From contig OZ176052.1 in NCBI GenBank assembly GCA_964247055.1, forward strand, positions 1,364,001-1,428,000: DNA of 64,000 nt. Reading direction: 5' to 3'. The stretch is from Paragordius varius (taxonomy: Eukaryota; Animalia; Nematomorpha). Positions 1 through 12,800 of this stretch are shown here, one piece after another (the stretch's first letter is position 1; each line of letters starts with the position of its first letter). The notes under the pieces are model-generated. The model was given only the letters and a program-made list of their open reading frames with translations, was not told where the DNA came from and did not search any database. Both the position numbers and the translations under genes were made by a program.

Positions 1-809
1 AGCTAAAGCTTCATAACTACTTCGGGGTAAGCTAGTATAATATTGATTCTCAGTGTCAACAACATTTTTTGCAGAGGATTTCATATCATTCGTTGAAAAA
101 TAGTTGTTTGAGGAGACATACAATTTGTCGCTAAGACATTGATCATTAGTGATTCTTGAGTTTAGATTGGTATTTGCAGAATAATTATTTGAAGATAAAG
201 AGATTTGTTGAGGTTGTCGCCATCTTCGTGGCGGACCACTTGATTGGGTTGAAGACAGGTCAGATGATATGGTGCTTCCCTGATCATTATTTGTGAGATA
301 ACCGGAATCTCGTTTCTCTACAAATATTTCTTGAGCAACTCTACTGCTTGTAGGCCCTAAGAACAGTGAACTGTTACTTCTATCCTCTATTTCATTATTT
401 GAAACAATATTAGGGAGAGCTAAGTTTGAATTTAAGGGTGTCGTCATACCTGGATATATTGAATATGATTGCGGTGGCGTAGGTGTATAACGATCGATTT
501 GTAGGGGACTTTTGGAAAGATGTATTCGATAATCTCTAGTCTTTTCATTATCGCAAACATTCGATTTAGCAACATATAAGGATTCTTCTGAAATTTTTGT
601 ATTCTTTGAATCGTGGGTAATAGATGGTAAAAAGGGGGATTTAAAATATTTTTTTTCATAACTTGAACTGGACAGTGATGTTAATGTCATGTTTGGATCA
701 AAACACGCCGAACGATTTATTTGCTTATTTGGGTTATTGTAAATTTTATTTGTGGGATTTTCGCTTTGAAGATAGTAAGGCTTGTTGGTGGTAGATGTAA
801 CCGAGTTAT
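1..809 (-). CDS. Large exon of the USP53/54-like gene, absent from the ORF track because it has no stop inside the window
   Basis: Acceptor ttatttag at 810-817 (minus), then a stop-free frame ..NSVTSTTNKPYYLQSEN...SLPRSSYEALA to base 1 (translated by hand); Ser/Asn-rich low complexity. Confidence 0.8.
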
Positions 810-3800
810 CTAAATAAGTGCATAAAATATTTTTAAGTTTTAGAAGGTCATGAAATAAAAATTAGCTGTATTTGGAAAAACTTACTTTTTTTAACATTCT
901 ACCTGTAAAATGTAACATTTTACAATTATAATTTATTTAAGATATTTCTGGACTAATAGAGATTATGCAAAATATATTCAAAATCCCAAGCATATAAGTT
1001 TATATATATATATTTATCAAAACTTAAAAATCTTGAATTATAAACCAGTATTTCATTAGTTCAGAAATAATTATCATCTAAAAAGATACTAACAGATTGA
1101 TAATTTATTAACCGCAATTTTTCCCCTTAAAAGGATCCCATAATTCATCTGTATTATATATATATATATATATATATATTTATTTATTTTAAAAATTATT
1201 AAAAAAGTAATTAGTTTAAGATTTAAATCAATTATATGTAATGGCATACAAAAAAATTGAGTGCTCAACAAATTTTTCGATATATCAAAAAACTATATAC
1301 TTTCATCAATAAAACTTATATTGTGATTAGAATGTTGCTGACGACTAATGAACAGCGAATCGAAATCTTTAGATTTAGTCAAATCGTATGCATTAAACTG
1401 TTCATCTTTACCATATAATTTAGCTTCGTCGTTAGTGCGCTGATAACCTTTAGTGTTATGGGTGGATTTTGCTAATAAGTTGGAGGAGCCTTCAGATCTT
1501 CTCCTATGTTTAACCAATTTTTCTCTTTTTTGATTTTGTTGGCTCAAACTATTTTGTTTGGCATCAATAATAATCATACCAGGTTTAACTGTTTCACTAC
1601 TAGTTTTACAGGGTTGCAAAAATGTCGTCGAATTTCTGCCCCGTATTTTATCACCCGTAAAGCTTTTAACTTTGTCAAATATCAACATAGAATGCTCCTT
1701 TCGATGATGTTGTTGCTTTTGAGGAGTATCCGATGAATATGAGGCATTTAAATTATTGAGAGCGAATTTTAACATAATTTTGGTTTTTATAATAACCAAT
1801 ATTACATGTAATTAGGGATAGTATAGTATAGTACTTTTGCGATGGAAAAAATCCTTAAGGTATAAAAACTAATATATGTATATATGTGTCTTGTCAGTTC
1901 TGTAGTAATGTTAATTTGTGACAAAAAATAATGGCATAGCAAAAAAAAGCGAGTTAAATGAGATAAGATTGATAAATGAACAAAAGTTAATTATATATGT
2001 AAGAAACCAAAGTATAATAATATGCATAGATAAAATGAGCAATTGCTGAAAAAGTTAAGATAAAACAATACAGAAAGTCAAATTTTAACACTGACATTAA
2101 AAGTATAATAAGGTGACAAGTATAATTATTTGAAGCAAATTAACGTAGTTTTTTTTCCTGTGCCTTAAAAAATGTGTAAAACACAATATGAACAATTACA
2201 TTTTTATAAGCTAAGAAGTCAAATGGAAAAAAAAGATACTAAGATATATATAAGTGTGCAGGTAGGAATTTAATTTTTAAATGAAAAATTAGAAAAAAAA
2301 TCATAATAAAACAATTGCATTCCTAGTTTTTATAATATTGAATTTCAATTGTTCCATTTGTTTTTCCATTTTTTCTTATAAATAAAATAAAAATAAAAAA
2401 ATAATTAAAAAACGCATAAGGTATATTATTTTTTAGTTTTATTATATTTTATATAAAACGTAATATTTAAATTAACTTTAAAATTTATGTTTAACACCCA
2501 ACATTTACAACAAACAATACGAAATATGGAAATTAAATTTATTATTATTATGACATTTTTTGTCGTACAGTGTAATTATTACGGTATAAAACAGGCTTTA
2601 TTTTTTTTAAACATGTTTTGATAGTATTATTGTTTAGTTTAAAAAGTAAAGAGAAATATTATTTGATTTAAGATTGTTTAATTGGTGAAATCTAAGTTAG
2701 ACAAAAAAATTTTCCGTTATTTAAGCCGGAAAAAAACTTTTATAACCAATAATAATGCTTATTCATTCTGTATATTAGGGAGTTAAATATAAAAATTTAT
2801 TCCGTACATTACGTATAACTTGTGGAAAAAAGCAAACAAAGTTCTGTTAAAACAATTAAGCTTAGGGATAAGGGAAAAAAATATAGTATATTTATGTAAA
2901 ACAAGTTTTTTTCACGTTAAGAAAAAAAAATTTACGTTAAGTAAATATAAACTGCAGTGTAATATTATGTAATACTTTGTTGTTTTCTAAATACCGTTTA
3001 GTTAGCTAGCTATTTTAGATCAGACCTGCTATGTAATGTTATAAAAACCTACATTATAATATTAATTAATGTTAATCCTAGTTTTATAAGATAAAAGTAA
3101 TAGAAATAGAAATTAATAGTAATAATAATTAATAAATAATCATTTGCCAATATTATAAACAAAAGTTGCTTTTTTTCACTAAAATCAAACCTTATTTTCT
3201 TTTTAAAAATTATTTTGTAGCGAAAAATATATATTAAAATATCGCAATGATGATTTTAAAATTAATAATTTTTCAAAGTTAAAGACAAAGGTTATTTTGA
3301 AATATGGAAATGCCTAATAAATCCACCACTTTCAATGATTATCACACATGTATGTTGCATAAGCAAGATTTTACCATAAATTTTAATTACGAATCTTAGA
3401 AATTAATTTTCATTTTTTCTCTATGCCTTTTTTATTTTTCTTAGTTAAAGGGGATTAAATTAATTATTATTATATTGTATAACTCTGAACCTTACATTAA
3501 TATGTAATAAAGATATGGTGTGATTTTCTCACATATATTACTTTTTACACAAGTTAAAAATTTTTAATCAATTGATAAAATATTTTATTTTAAACTTTTT
3601 TGTTCACTTAAGTTAAAACCGGTTGATCTTTCGCGAGTTTCTTTCGAATTTTCAAATTTTAAATATATATATTTTATAAATTAAATTATTAAATTTTAAT
3701 TTTTTTAAAATATTTTAAATCCATTTTCTGTATATCACGCGCCAAGCGATGTATTGACGACAACATTTGTAAGATTTTCTTAAATGATAATATTATAATA

Positions 3801-6800
3801 ATAATACCTAACTAATATTAAAATTATAAGATATATAAGTGCAATAATTTTTATACATAATTTTTTAAGCGCGGAATTAAATAAACCATATGGAATTAGC
3901 ATTAGTATCTTTCACCTTTGAAATGTAAATTAAACAAAAGGGATCAAGTTAAAGTAATAAAAATTACCATATCGAAATAATCCCCCCTTCCCTTTTGTTA
4001 TACAGTAGCGTATGGTAGAAAACAACAAATGGTTGTGAAATTACAATTTTTGTCTATGTTTTAATAATTGCATTTCGTATATTTAATTATGGACAAACCC
4101 TTTTTTATGCCATACACTACTGTATATTTAATAAAATTATAACATTAAACAGCCAGAAATATTATTTGGTAATAACAGAATTTTAATTGGTAAACGATGG
4201 AAAATCATACTTTCTATTAACTTTTCTCCACTATTTATCAATAATATATCATAATAACCAATAATAATTCTGTTCTCTGTATTATGCATACAAGATAAAA
4301 AATAATTTTAGGGTTTGTAAATAAAGTAAACCAAAAAACCACAGAAAGTGATTTATTAATTCTTAAGCAAGGTCATTTATTTACTATGAATAATAATAAA
4401 ACTAGAGCTTAAACATATTACTCATACTATAAATTATTGATGAGTCATATCGATAACTAAAATATGTAATATGAAAACGTATGCAATATAATATATAGCT
4501 GACCTATTTTGGAAAAAATAATAGTACAGGCGAATGAATCAAGTAAATTAGGATAATTATAACAACAATATTTAATAAAATACTAATGTCGCTTTTGAGG
4601 TTAGTTTTAATGGATAGAGTACACATTTTCCATTTTTATTGTCAATATTCTAGTTATTCTTCAATCAAATTTTCGAATTTGAATTTTTCTTTTTAAAAAT
4701 ACTTAAAATTTACATATTTATATTAACATATTGCTGATTCATATTCCATAAGATGCGCATATAAAATTAAACATTATATAGTTAAAGGAAAGATAAAACC
4801 CATAATTTTGACCAAATCCAAAGAACGTTTCAAATGAATTAAATTTATGAATCATAACGGGTATTTTAGCAGAGACGTAGCTTCCATTTTTAGCGCCCCT
4901 GCATTAATATAAATGCCCCTCTTTCTGATTAAAAAATGAAAAAAATTCTTAAGGTCGGTCAGATAGATAGGATAAATTATAGTTTTTCTAAAATTCGAAA
5001 TTTAATTAAGGCAGAAAATTATTATCCTTAGCAGCTAATTAAAAGTTTTAGAAAAATACACGTTAAACATGCCATTTTTTCCGAATAAAATTTATAATAA
5101 ATTTATTATATTTTAAGATATCAAATATATGGTTTTTCAAATTTTTAACAAGGACTTCCTTTCTAAGTTGAAAACACAAACGATTTTATAAAATGTCGCC
5201 ACGAATATTGTCATTAAGTAAACGTATATAATTAGGTAAAAAATGTGAAGATCGTAAACTACCAGCCTGAAATTATCCATATTTATATTTAGTTTTAAAA
5301 ATTATTAATATAAAACATTTTGAATAGGCGCTACATGATTATGCATAGGTAAGGTGACCAGATTTTTTGAAGGAAAAAGCGGGACAAATCTGAGAAGGGA
5401 GTGGGTCATTGGGGGTACAACCAAATATTTTTATACAAAAAATTTATTGTGATATTTATTTATTTTTAACAAAATACATTATAAATATAAAAAAATTTGT
5501 ACCTCACAGGTTGTTTGTACCTTATTCAATAAATTTCCATGTGCACGAACAAAGGGTGAAGTTATTTTAATATTCTAAAAAAAAATAATAAAGACAAAAT
5601 CATCACAAAGTGCGCTGGGTGATGCAAGAAGCGGCACAAAAATATTTTTAACAATTTAGCGAATAATCTTAATCAAAACATTATTGGCAGATACACAACG
5701 TTCAAACAGCTACTGATTTGTTACCCCTGGATATGGAAAATATAGATGTTAAAATGCTTGAATATTGTAGAACTGTTGGTTAGCTCTTTTGCCAGCGATT
5801 GATATATTTATAAAAATGTGATCTCCTAGAATCCTATTTTTTATCACAGGACAAAGGTCGAAATTCCAAGTCAAAAAAGTTAGGAAAATAATTTTATACC
5901 ATTACCTAATCGCAATATTATAAAGCATCCAGAAAAACAAGGCTCAATGAATAGCCAGAATATAAAAATGTTTTATACAAACAGAAACGATTATTTGGAA
6001 GACAAGACGGTGCACAATGACACTTTTTGATGAAGTCTCATTATTAAATAAATATATTGAATGAAAACTTGTATTATGGACAACAGAAAAAAATACGTAG
6101 GATAGAAATGGTTAAAATCATTTTTAAACAAATTATGTTCCATACAATATTATTTTAATTGTAGAATTTGCATTATCTTTACCTGAACCACTGCTATTGA
6201 ACGCGTTTTTCCACAGTAAATTAAGTAAGGACACGGAATCAAATTTAAATGTTGAATAAAAGCCATTTTGTGTGTTCAAATATAATTTGACAAATTATGA
6301 AGACTTATACAATATTTTACGTGATTTTGTTTATTTTTTTACACAAAAACTTTAAAGAAAATATTTTATTCTTTGGTATATTTTTTGTTTAAGTGAATGC
6401 GTTTTAGCAGATTGTCATCATTTTTTAAAATATTGTAGAAGTCTTCACAAGAATTTGTCAAATTATATTTGACAGATAAAACGGCCTTTAAAGTTTCAAC
6501 ATTTAAATTTGATTTTTCCGATGTCCACACCTGATTTACTGTGGAAAAAACGCGCTCAGTAGCAGCGTTGGTTCCAGGTAAAGATATTGCGAATTCCACA
6601 ATTTTTAAAATATTATTGTATGTAATATAGTTGGCTTCAAAATGATGAAATATTTGCAACCATTTCTTTTCTACTGTATATTTTCTTTTGTCCATAATTT
6701 AAGTTTTTCATTATTAATATATCTTTTAACTAATGATACTTCAGAAAAAAGATCATTTTCTGAAAGATTACCTTTTGATAAATTTTGGGAGCAGATATAA

Positions 6801-9800
6801 TCAAATGATTTTTGAACATCGCACCAATTAAATTCTGATTTTAATGTTATCCAATGAAAATGATCAATTTCAATGAATTGGGTCGTCCAGTCTTCCACAT
6901 AATCTTTACTTGTATAAAACATTTTTATATGGTACAGGATATCTTGGCGATTTATTAAGCCTTGTTTTTTTAATTATTTATTATATTGCGGATGGTTAAT
7001 AGTATAAAATTTTTTCTAACCGTTCTTGACATTGAAATTTTAGGTTACTAACTTCATTGGCTACTTCGATTGCCGAAGTTTTGTCACCTTCTATAAATAT
7101 AATAACATTTTGAAAGAGCGAAGTTTGATTATGTAAGAATTCTAACCATATTTTTTAAGAGTCACTTTCAAAAAACTTTTTTAAAGTTGTAGGACATTTG
7201 TCCTGTGACAATAAAAAAGATTTTAAAGGATCATACATTTTTAAAATTCTTTCGATAGCTGGCATAAAAGCTAACCAACGAGTTTTACAATATCCAAGCA
7301 TTTTTTGATATTGAACTTCTGCATTTTTCACAGAATTATTTAAGCGTTTCCTACCGTGTATATAAAAAAATAGGAATATATTTTAACAACTACATTTTCC
7401 ACATCTAGGGGTAACAAATCAGCAGATGTTTGAATAGCGCTGTGTATTATATGCGCTGCACACCCAACGCCAATAATGTTTTGATTGAGATTATCTGTTA
7501 ATTTATGAAAAATATTTTTTTGTTCCTCTCCTTTCTCCACCAAAGTTCATATTGGTGTTGTCAGCGCAATATACGATAATTTTGTATTTTAAATTATTTT
7601 TTTGCATTATTGAAGCAAATATTATTTCGGAATTTTCACCGGGTAGGGAAATTAAATCTAAAATTTTAATTTTTACTCCGGTTTCTGAATCAAAATACCT
7701 CATCAAAGTGGGAAATAATTTTGTTTCATGGTGATTTGATGCATCAGAGTATAGCGATATGGAATTAATTTTCAGCAAATATTTTTGTATTTCAGAAAAT
7801 ATATGTGGCGACATTGCACACAATGGCTTCAGCCTTTGTACGGGCACATGTACATTTTTATGGATGCGAATAACTTGTTAGGTACAGTCCATAGATCTAA
7901 AGGAATGATTGTGATTAACGGCGTGAAAGGATAACATGCCCTCAGCTAGTGCCTAATTCTTTTCTTCGTCTCCAAAAGCGGTTTTTCAAAAAAATCGCTC
8001 ATTTTGTAAGATGATGCCGCCATATCTAAACATTTTTTATGTTTCTATGTTTCCATATGCTTTGTAATATCATGCTTGCCGCCATGTGCTAGGGTGAATT
8101 CCCCCTCGCATATAAGACATTTAAATGATTCATTCTTCGTTTTTTTAATAAAAGGAAAATCCTTCATTAATTCATCGTTGACCTCTTTTTGTGCTCATAT
8201 TTATAAACTAGTATTAGTATAATAAATATTATATTACCTTAATTTTCTGTGATAAACGTGTAAGGTACCGATTTGTGGTATCAATTTGTCTTTTAAGCTA
8301 CCGATTTGTGGTATTAATTTGGCTTTTTAATAATGTTGGCAAGTAATAAAACTAAAATATTAGTATAATAAATATTATATTACCTTAATTTTGTGAAATA
8401 AACGTGTAAGGTACCGATTTGTGGTATCAATTTGTCTTTTAATCTAGAGATTTGTGGTATTAACTTGGCTTTTTGATAATAATGACAGTAGTAGTAGGAA
8501 GTATAGTGTATAATCACATGATATAAATTCGAAAAAATAAATATTTTTAATTTAAAATAAAAAATTTTAATTTAAAATTGAATATATTTTAAAGATATTT
8601 AATGATAAAAAATTTAAACGGACAAAAAAAATTTATTTGTATTAAAAAAAATTTTTTTTATATAATCGTGAAAAAGCGGGACTGTCCCGCCAAAAGCGGG
8701 ACGTCTGGTCACCTTATGCATAGGTCACTATAAAAAACCAAATTTAAAGAAAATGTTAATGATAAACACTTTTACAGGGGAATATTGCTTTTAAGTTAAA
8801 TATGCAAACACATATTTTACAGGTCAACGTGATAAGATATTAATATAATCTTAAAAAAATTATGATAATCATGATAAAAAACTTTTATTTGGTTTTAAAT
8901 AATTGGTTATATAACAAATTAAAATACAGCAAAAAATAATTGTAATAATTATTTTAAAGACGAGGAGAAGGCTTGGGGGTCATATTTTTTAAGGTAATTC
9001 TGGAATTGAGACTAAAATATTAAAATACATACAATAATAATGATATAAATGTACATATCTTTGACTGATTTTTTTATATTACAATCTTTCATAAAGCACG
9101 TTTTATATATAAATATAAAGATGTAAAGAGGCGCTCCGACAATAGTTGCTGACAAAAACATTGTCGCAAACCAAAAAAATGTGTTTGTTCATGAGAAACA
9201 AATTAAATTTTATAATTATTCATTTATATTCCATTATTTTTTTACAATGACATAAAACATTTATATTTTGTCCTGAAATACGCCCTAAGCTACTTGATAT
9301 AATTTATCCTGCATAATAATACATAAACCATATAGGGTTTACTCAATTACCTGCGTAAAAAATATCTTAGTTCAAAAGTAATATTCTATATTAATTTTTA
9401 AACATTAAAATATGTATTTTACCTTGGTTTATAGGGTTGTCATTTGTGGATTCTTCGATGGAAGATGAAAAATATAGTTGTTTTAAATATTGAAAATGTT
9501 GTAAATGTTTTTGTATATCATCGATATCAGTTGAATTGTCACAATGATTAAGTTTAGAATCATCATTAAAAGCTAGTGTTTTAGAATTATTTGCGGAACC
9601 GTGATTTATATTGTTCATATTGTTATTACATTTCTTAGGTGGTAATGGTAAGGTTTGACAGTATCTCTCATAAGGGAAAAAGTACTCAGTAATAGAAGAT
9701 GTAGTGTGTGGCCCTTGAACTTTGTTTTTGACTAATTTGTCAGTGTATAAAATGTTATTTAAATCTAGGAGTTTAGTTTGTGATTTTGATTTCACTAAAC

Positions 9801-12800
9801 AATATATTAAATGTATGTTTTTAAAAAAAGTTTTAAAATTAGAACAGGGGTGTTGTCCAACACGCTGCCTTTTTAAATAGTTCTTCAGCCCGCGTCAATT
9901 TTGAAATACAAAATTTGTTATATTTAAGTAAAATGATTTTCTTAAACAAATTTTCTGAATAAGTCTTTCCGACTAAGGGTAATGAACTAGCAAAAAATTG
10001 TTAAAATAAATTGTAATTTTTACAGTCTTATGCTTAAAATCTTATAAAAATTTGTTTGCCCATACCCGCCAAATTTTTGATTGATTCCTAAAATGCGGCG
10101 CGCGAAGCCTCATATAGAAAATTAAAAAAATTAATTAAAGGCCAAATATTTTTTGTAATTACGATTCAAAACAATATCTCAAAAGATTAAATGAATTAAT
10201 ACCTTTTCCATAGAGACTTTTCTTGTGAATATTCTCTTTGAATTCGCAATTGTTTAGAGCCGAAGGGCTATTTTGATTTAAGGCATCCATAGAGCCGTCC
10301 ATACTTAAATAGACATCGTGGTTTTCATAATCCATATCATAATCACCAGCTATTTCTTTCCTATTAATTATGCGTAAACCAGTGGGATTATGCGTAGAAT
10401 TATTGTATTTAAGAATGGATTTAAGATCGGTGCAAGATTTATTTTTGATCAAATCTTTTGTTGGCAATGTAATGGCACTATTTGAGCCTCCTTTATACCC
10501 ATGAGGGGCATTAATATATTTTGTGTTTGTTTTGGTGTAATGTTGTCGTCTACCATCAATAGTTTCATAAATATGTGAATGGGGTAACTTTACCTCATTT
10601 TCCATCTTCCCAAAGTTGTGTTGAAACTCGAGTTTTGGCGGCGACTCAAAATTAAAATTAGCTAGTAATTTTGGAGATGAATTTGTTTCTAAGGAATGTT
10701 CTTGATGAGATGGTGGTATTGGAGAACAACTAAAAAATAAGTTTGTTCCAGATGTACATCCTTTCAAAGTTTTTGAATTTGCCCCAAAATTATCATCATT
10801 TCTATGCCGTGAATCGGGGACTTCACCATGGTTTAAACTGTTTGAGGTTTGTGTTTCCTGAGAAGGCGGGTTGAATTGCTTAGGCACTAAGGATTGCATG
10901 GAACGGAAATGGGCCATTTTTAAAAGTGGAATCTTTTTACGGATTTTATTGAATTTACCTATCAGTTGAATATTAAATATTGTAAATTTAGCATTTGTTA
11001 CCAATATTAATGGGTTTACAATTTTTTTAAATAACTTAAGTGCAGGTATTAACCTTTTCGATATGTACCATTTACAATTTAATTCACCCTTGAACAATTC
11101 AAAAACACCCTCAAACAATTCAAATTCACCCTAAAAAACTACGTGTTCTAAGACCAAAAATTACCTATATTTTTATATTTTAAAAAAATGAATTTTTGTT
11201 GAAAATTAATATAATACTGGAAAAATAATGAACGCCCTAAGAATATATTTTTTAGCCCGAAAATACAATTGATTTTTAGGGTGAATTTGAATTGATCCTG
11301 GGTGAATTGGAATTGTTTGAGGATGAATTGAACTGTATAGGGGTGAATTTGAATTGTAAATGGAATACTATTTTATACTCAGGACTGTTTCAGAGAAAAG
11401 ACCTATGCCATGATGACTTGATTGCTTAAATAATGGACTAAAAGATAACGTACAAGCGAATTCAAAATAAACAACAAAACTATCCCGAATTTCAGAAATA
11501 CATCCGCTTCAAAGTTGTAAATTAATTCCTAGTTCAAAACATTGAAACCAATAAATTATTATAGATTGTTGGTCTGCTAATTAAATTAACCAAGTATTAC
11601 ATTAAAAATTTCTAATTCTACAAATTACGAGCGGACGTTAAATATATTACCTTTTACAGATGCCAAAGCCATATTATTATTGAGATAAGTCCCAGGATTA
11701 GTATCTTTTGTCCGTTTCGTATAAATGAGAACAAGCGGCATGTTATTATTTTCTATACAGTGCTTTAACACATCGCTCCAATTTTGTCCAATCTAAATAT
11801 AATTTATTATAAAAATTAAAACTTTTTAACCCAAATTAGAACAAGCCAACACATACATATAATTTAATTATAAAAAGATATGTCTTTGGTAAAAAATTTG
11901 TCGTTAAAACATATCGAGTTATGCCGATAATATTTTAAAACTTGTGTTTTGAAATATTACTTGTCGTTTTGGGTTGCAAAATAAAGAATATAGATGTAAA
12001 TTAATAATATACGCTAATTTTATCATTAAAAACTGCAATTAAATAGTTTATGTAGGAAAACTCAGTGTTTAAAAATGTATAGCGGTCTTTTATTAAAAAT
12101 GTTTATCTATATGTTTTTACGTTTTGTCGGTATAATTTCAATTTATATTGTTATTGACGAATCATCATCATACTTTTTGAGGTGTTTGTGATATTGTAGC
12201 AATCCAAAAAGCATAATGAGTATGATAGGAATATCTTATAAAAACTAATGGCGGAGACTCATATGCTGAGCGATAAGAAGGTCCAGCCTTATTTAGAGTT
12301 ACACATATCATACATTGTAAGTCATACATTGATGCCATTTCATTTTCACAATGCAGTGATTTTGAAATTTTCTTTTTAGAGATTGTTGATAACTTGCTAG
12401 GTGTGTCTTCGAATCCGTTGTGATACATCTATACAGTAATTATCAAACTATTTTTAAATAAAAAAATTTATTGAATGAAATTATTTTATGGTTTAAATTA
12501 TGAAAACATAGTATTTGGTGGAAACAACCTAAAATGCCCCTTAAAAATGCTATATTATAGCTTTATGGACTGTGAATTGGTACAAAAAATTAACATTAAA
12601 ATTATTAATTAAAAAACAACTTTTTAAAGTATTAATTTAATAAAACTGGGTGGACGAGATATGAATGTATTCGCAACAGTGAATGTGGCCGCTTATAAAA
12701 AGTTGTCAGTTGTTTTAAATATATACTACGATTCAAGGTGTAAAAACGGTAAAATTAAATTTAAGGAAATTTTTTTTTATTTATTTCTAAAATATTTAAT

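Larger units (their letters stand above)
5350..8716 (-). mobile_element. hAT DNA transposon (Blackjack-like), 3367 bp, defective transposase
   Basis: 13-bp TIRs TAAGGTGACCAGA (5350-5362) and TCTGGTCACCTTA (8704-8716); perfect 8-bp TSD TGCATAGG (5342-5349, 8717-8724); subterminal GCGGGAC/GTCCCGC motifs; transposase fragments on minus; lies in a USP-gene intron. Confidence 0.95.

Noticed and set aside
1506-1736. Plus-strand ORFs 1506-1736, 7552-7734, 14518-14760, 32782-32997, 33019-33360, 33810-34028, 39246-39458, 40344-40562 and minus ORFs 24661-24867, 31417-31614
   Set aside because: Antisense shadows of real exons or TE coding sequence.
10959-11118. N-terminal parts of ORFs 10159-11118 and 37121-37327 sharing LNCKWY
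   Set aside because: The shared peptide is translated MITE terminal inverted repeat, not a protein domain.
11793-11945. Possible extra USP exon (RHNSICFNDKFFTKD) followed by a U12-like AT-AG intron starting atatcttt
   Set aside because: Direct GT-AG joining of 12174 to 11792 gives exactly the human spacing (WIATISQTPQKIGQNW vs WMYFDDAHVKEIGPKW); the segment resembles MITE TIR sequence and there is no U12 branch point.
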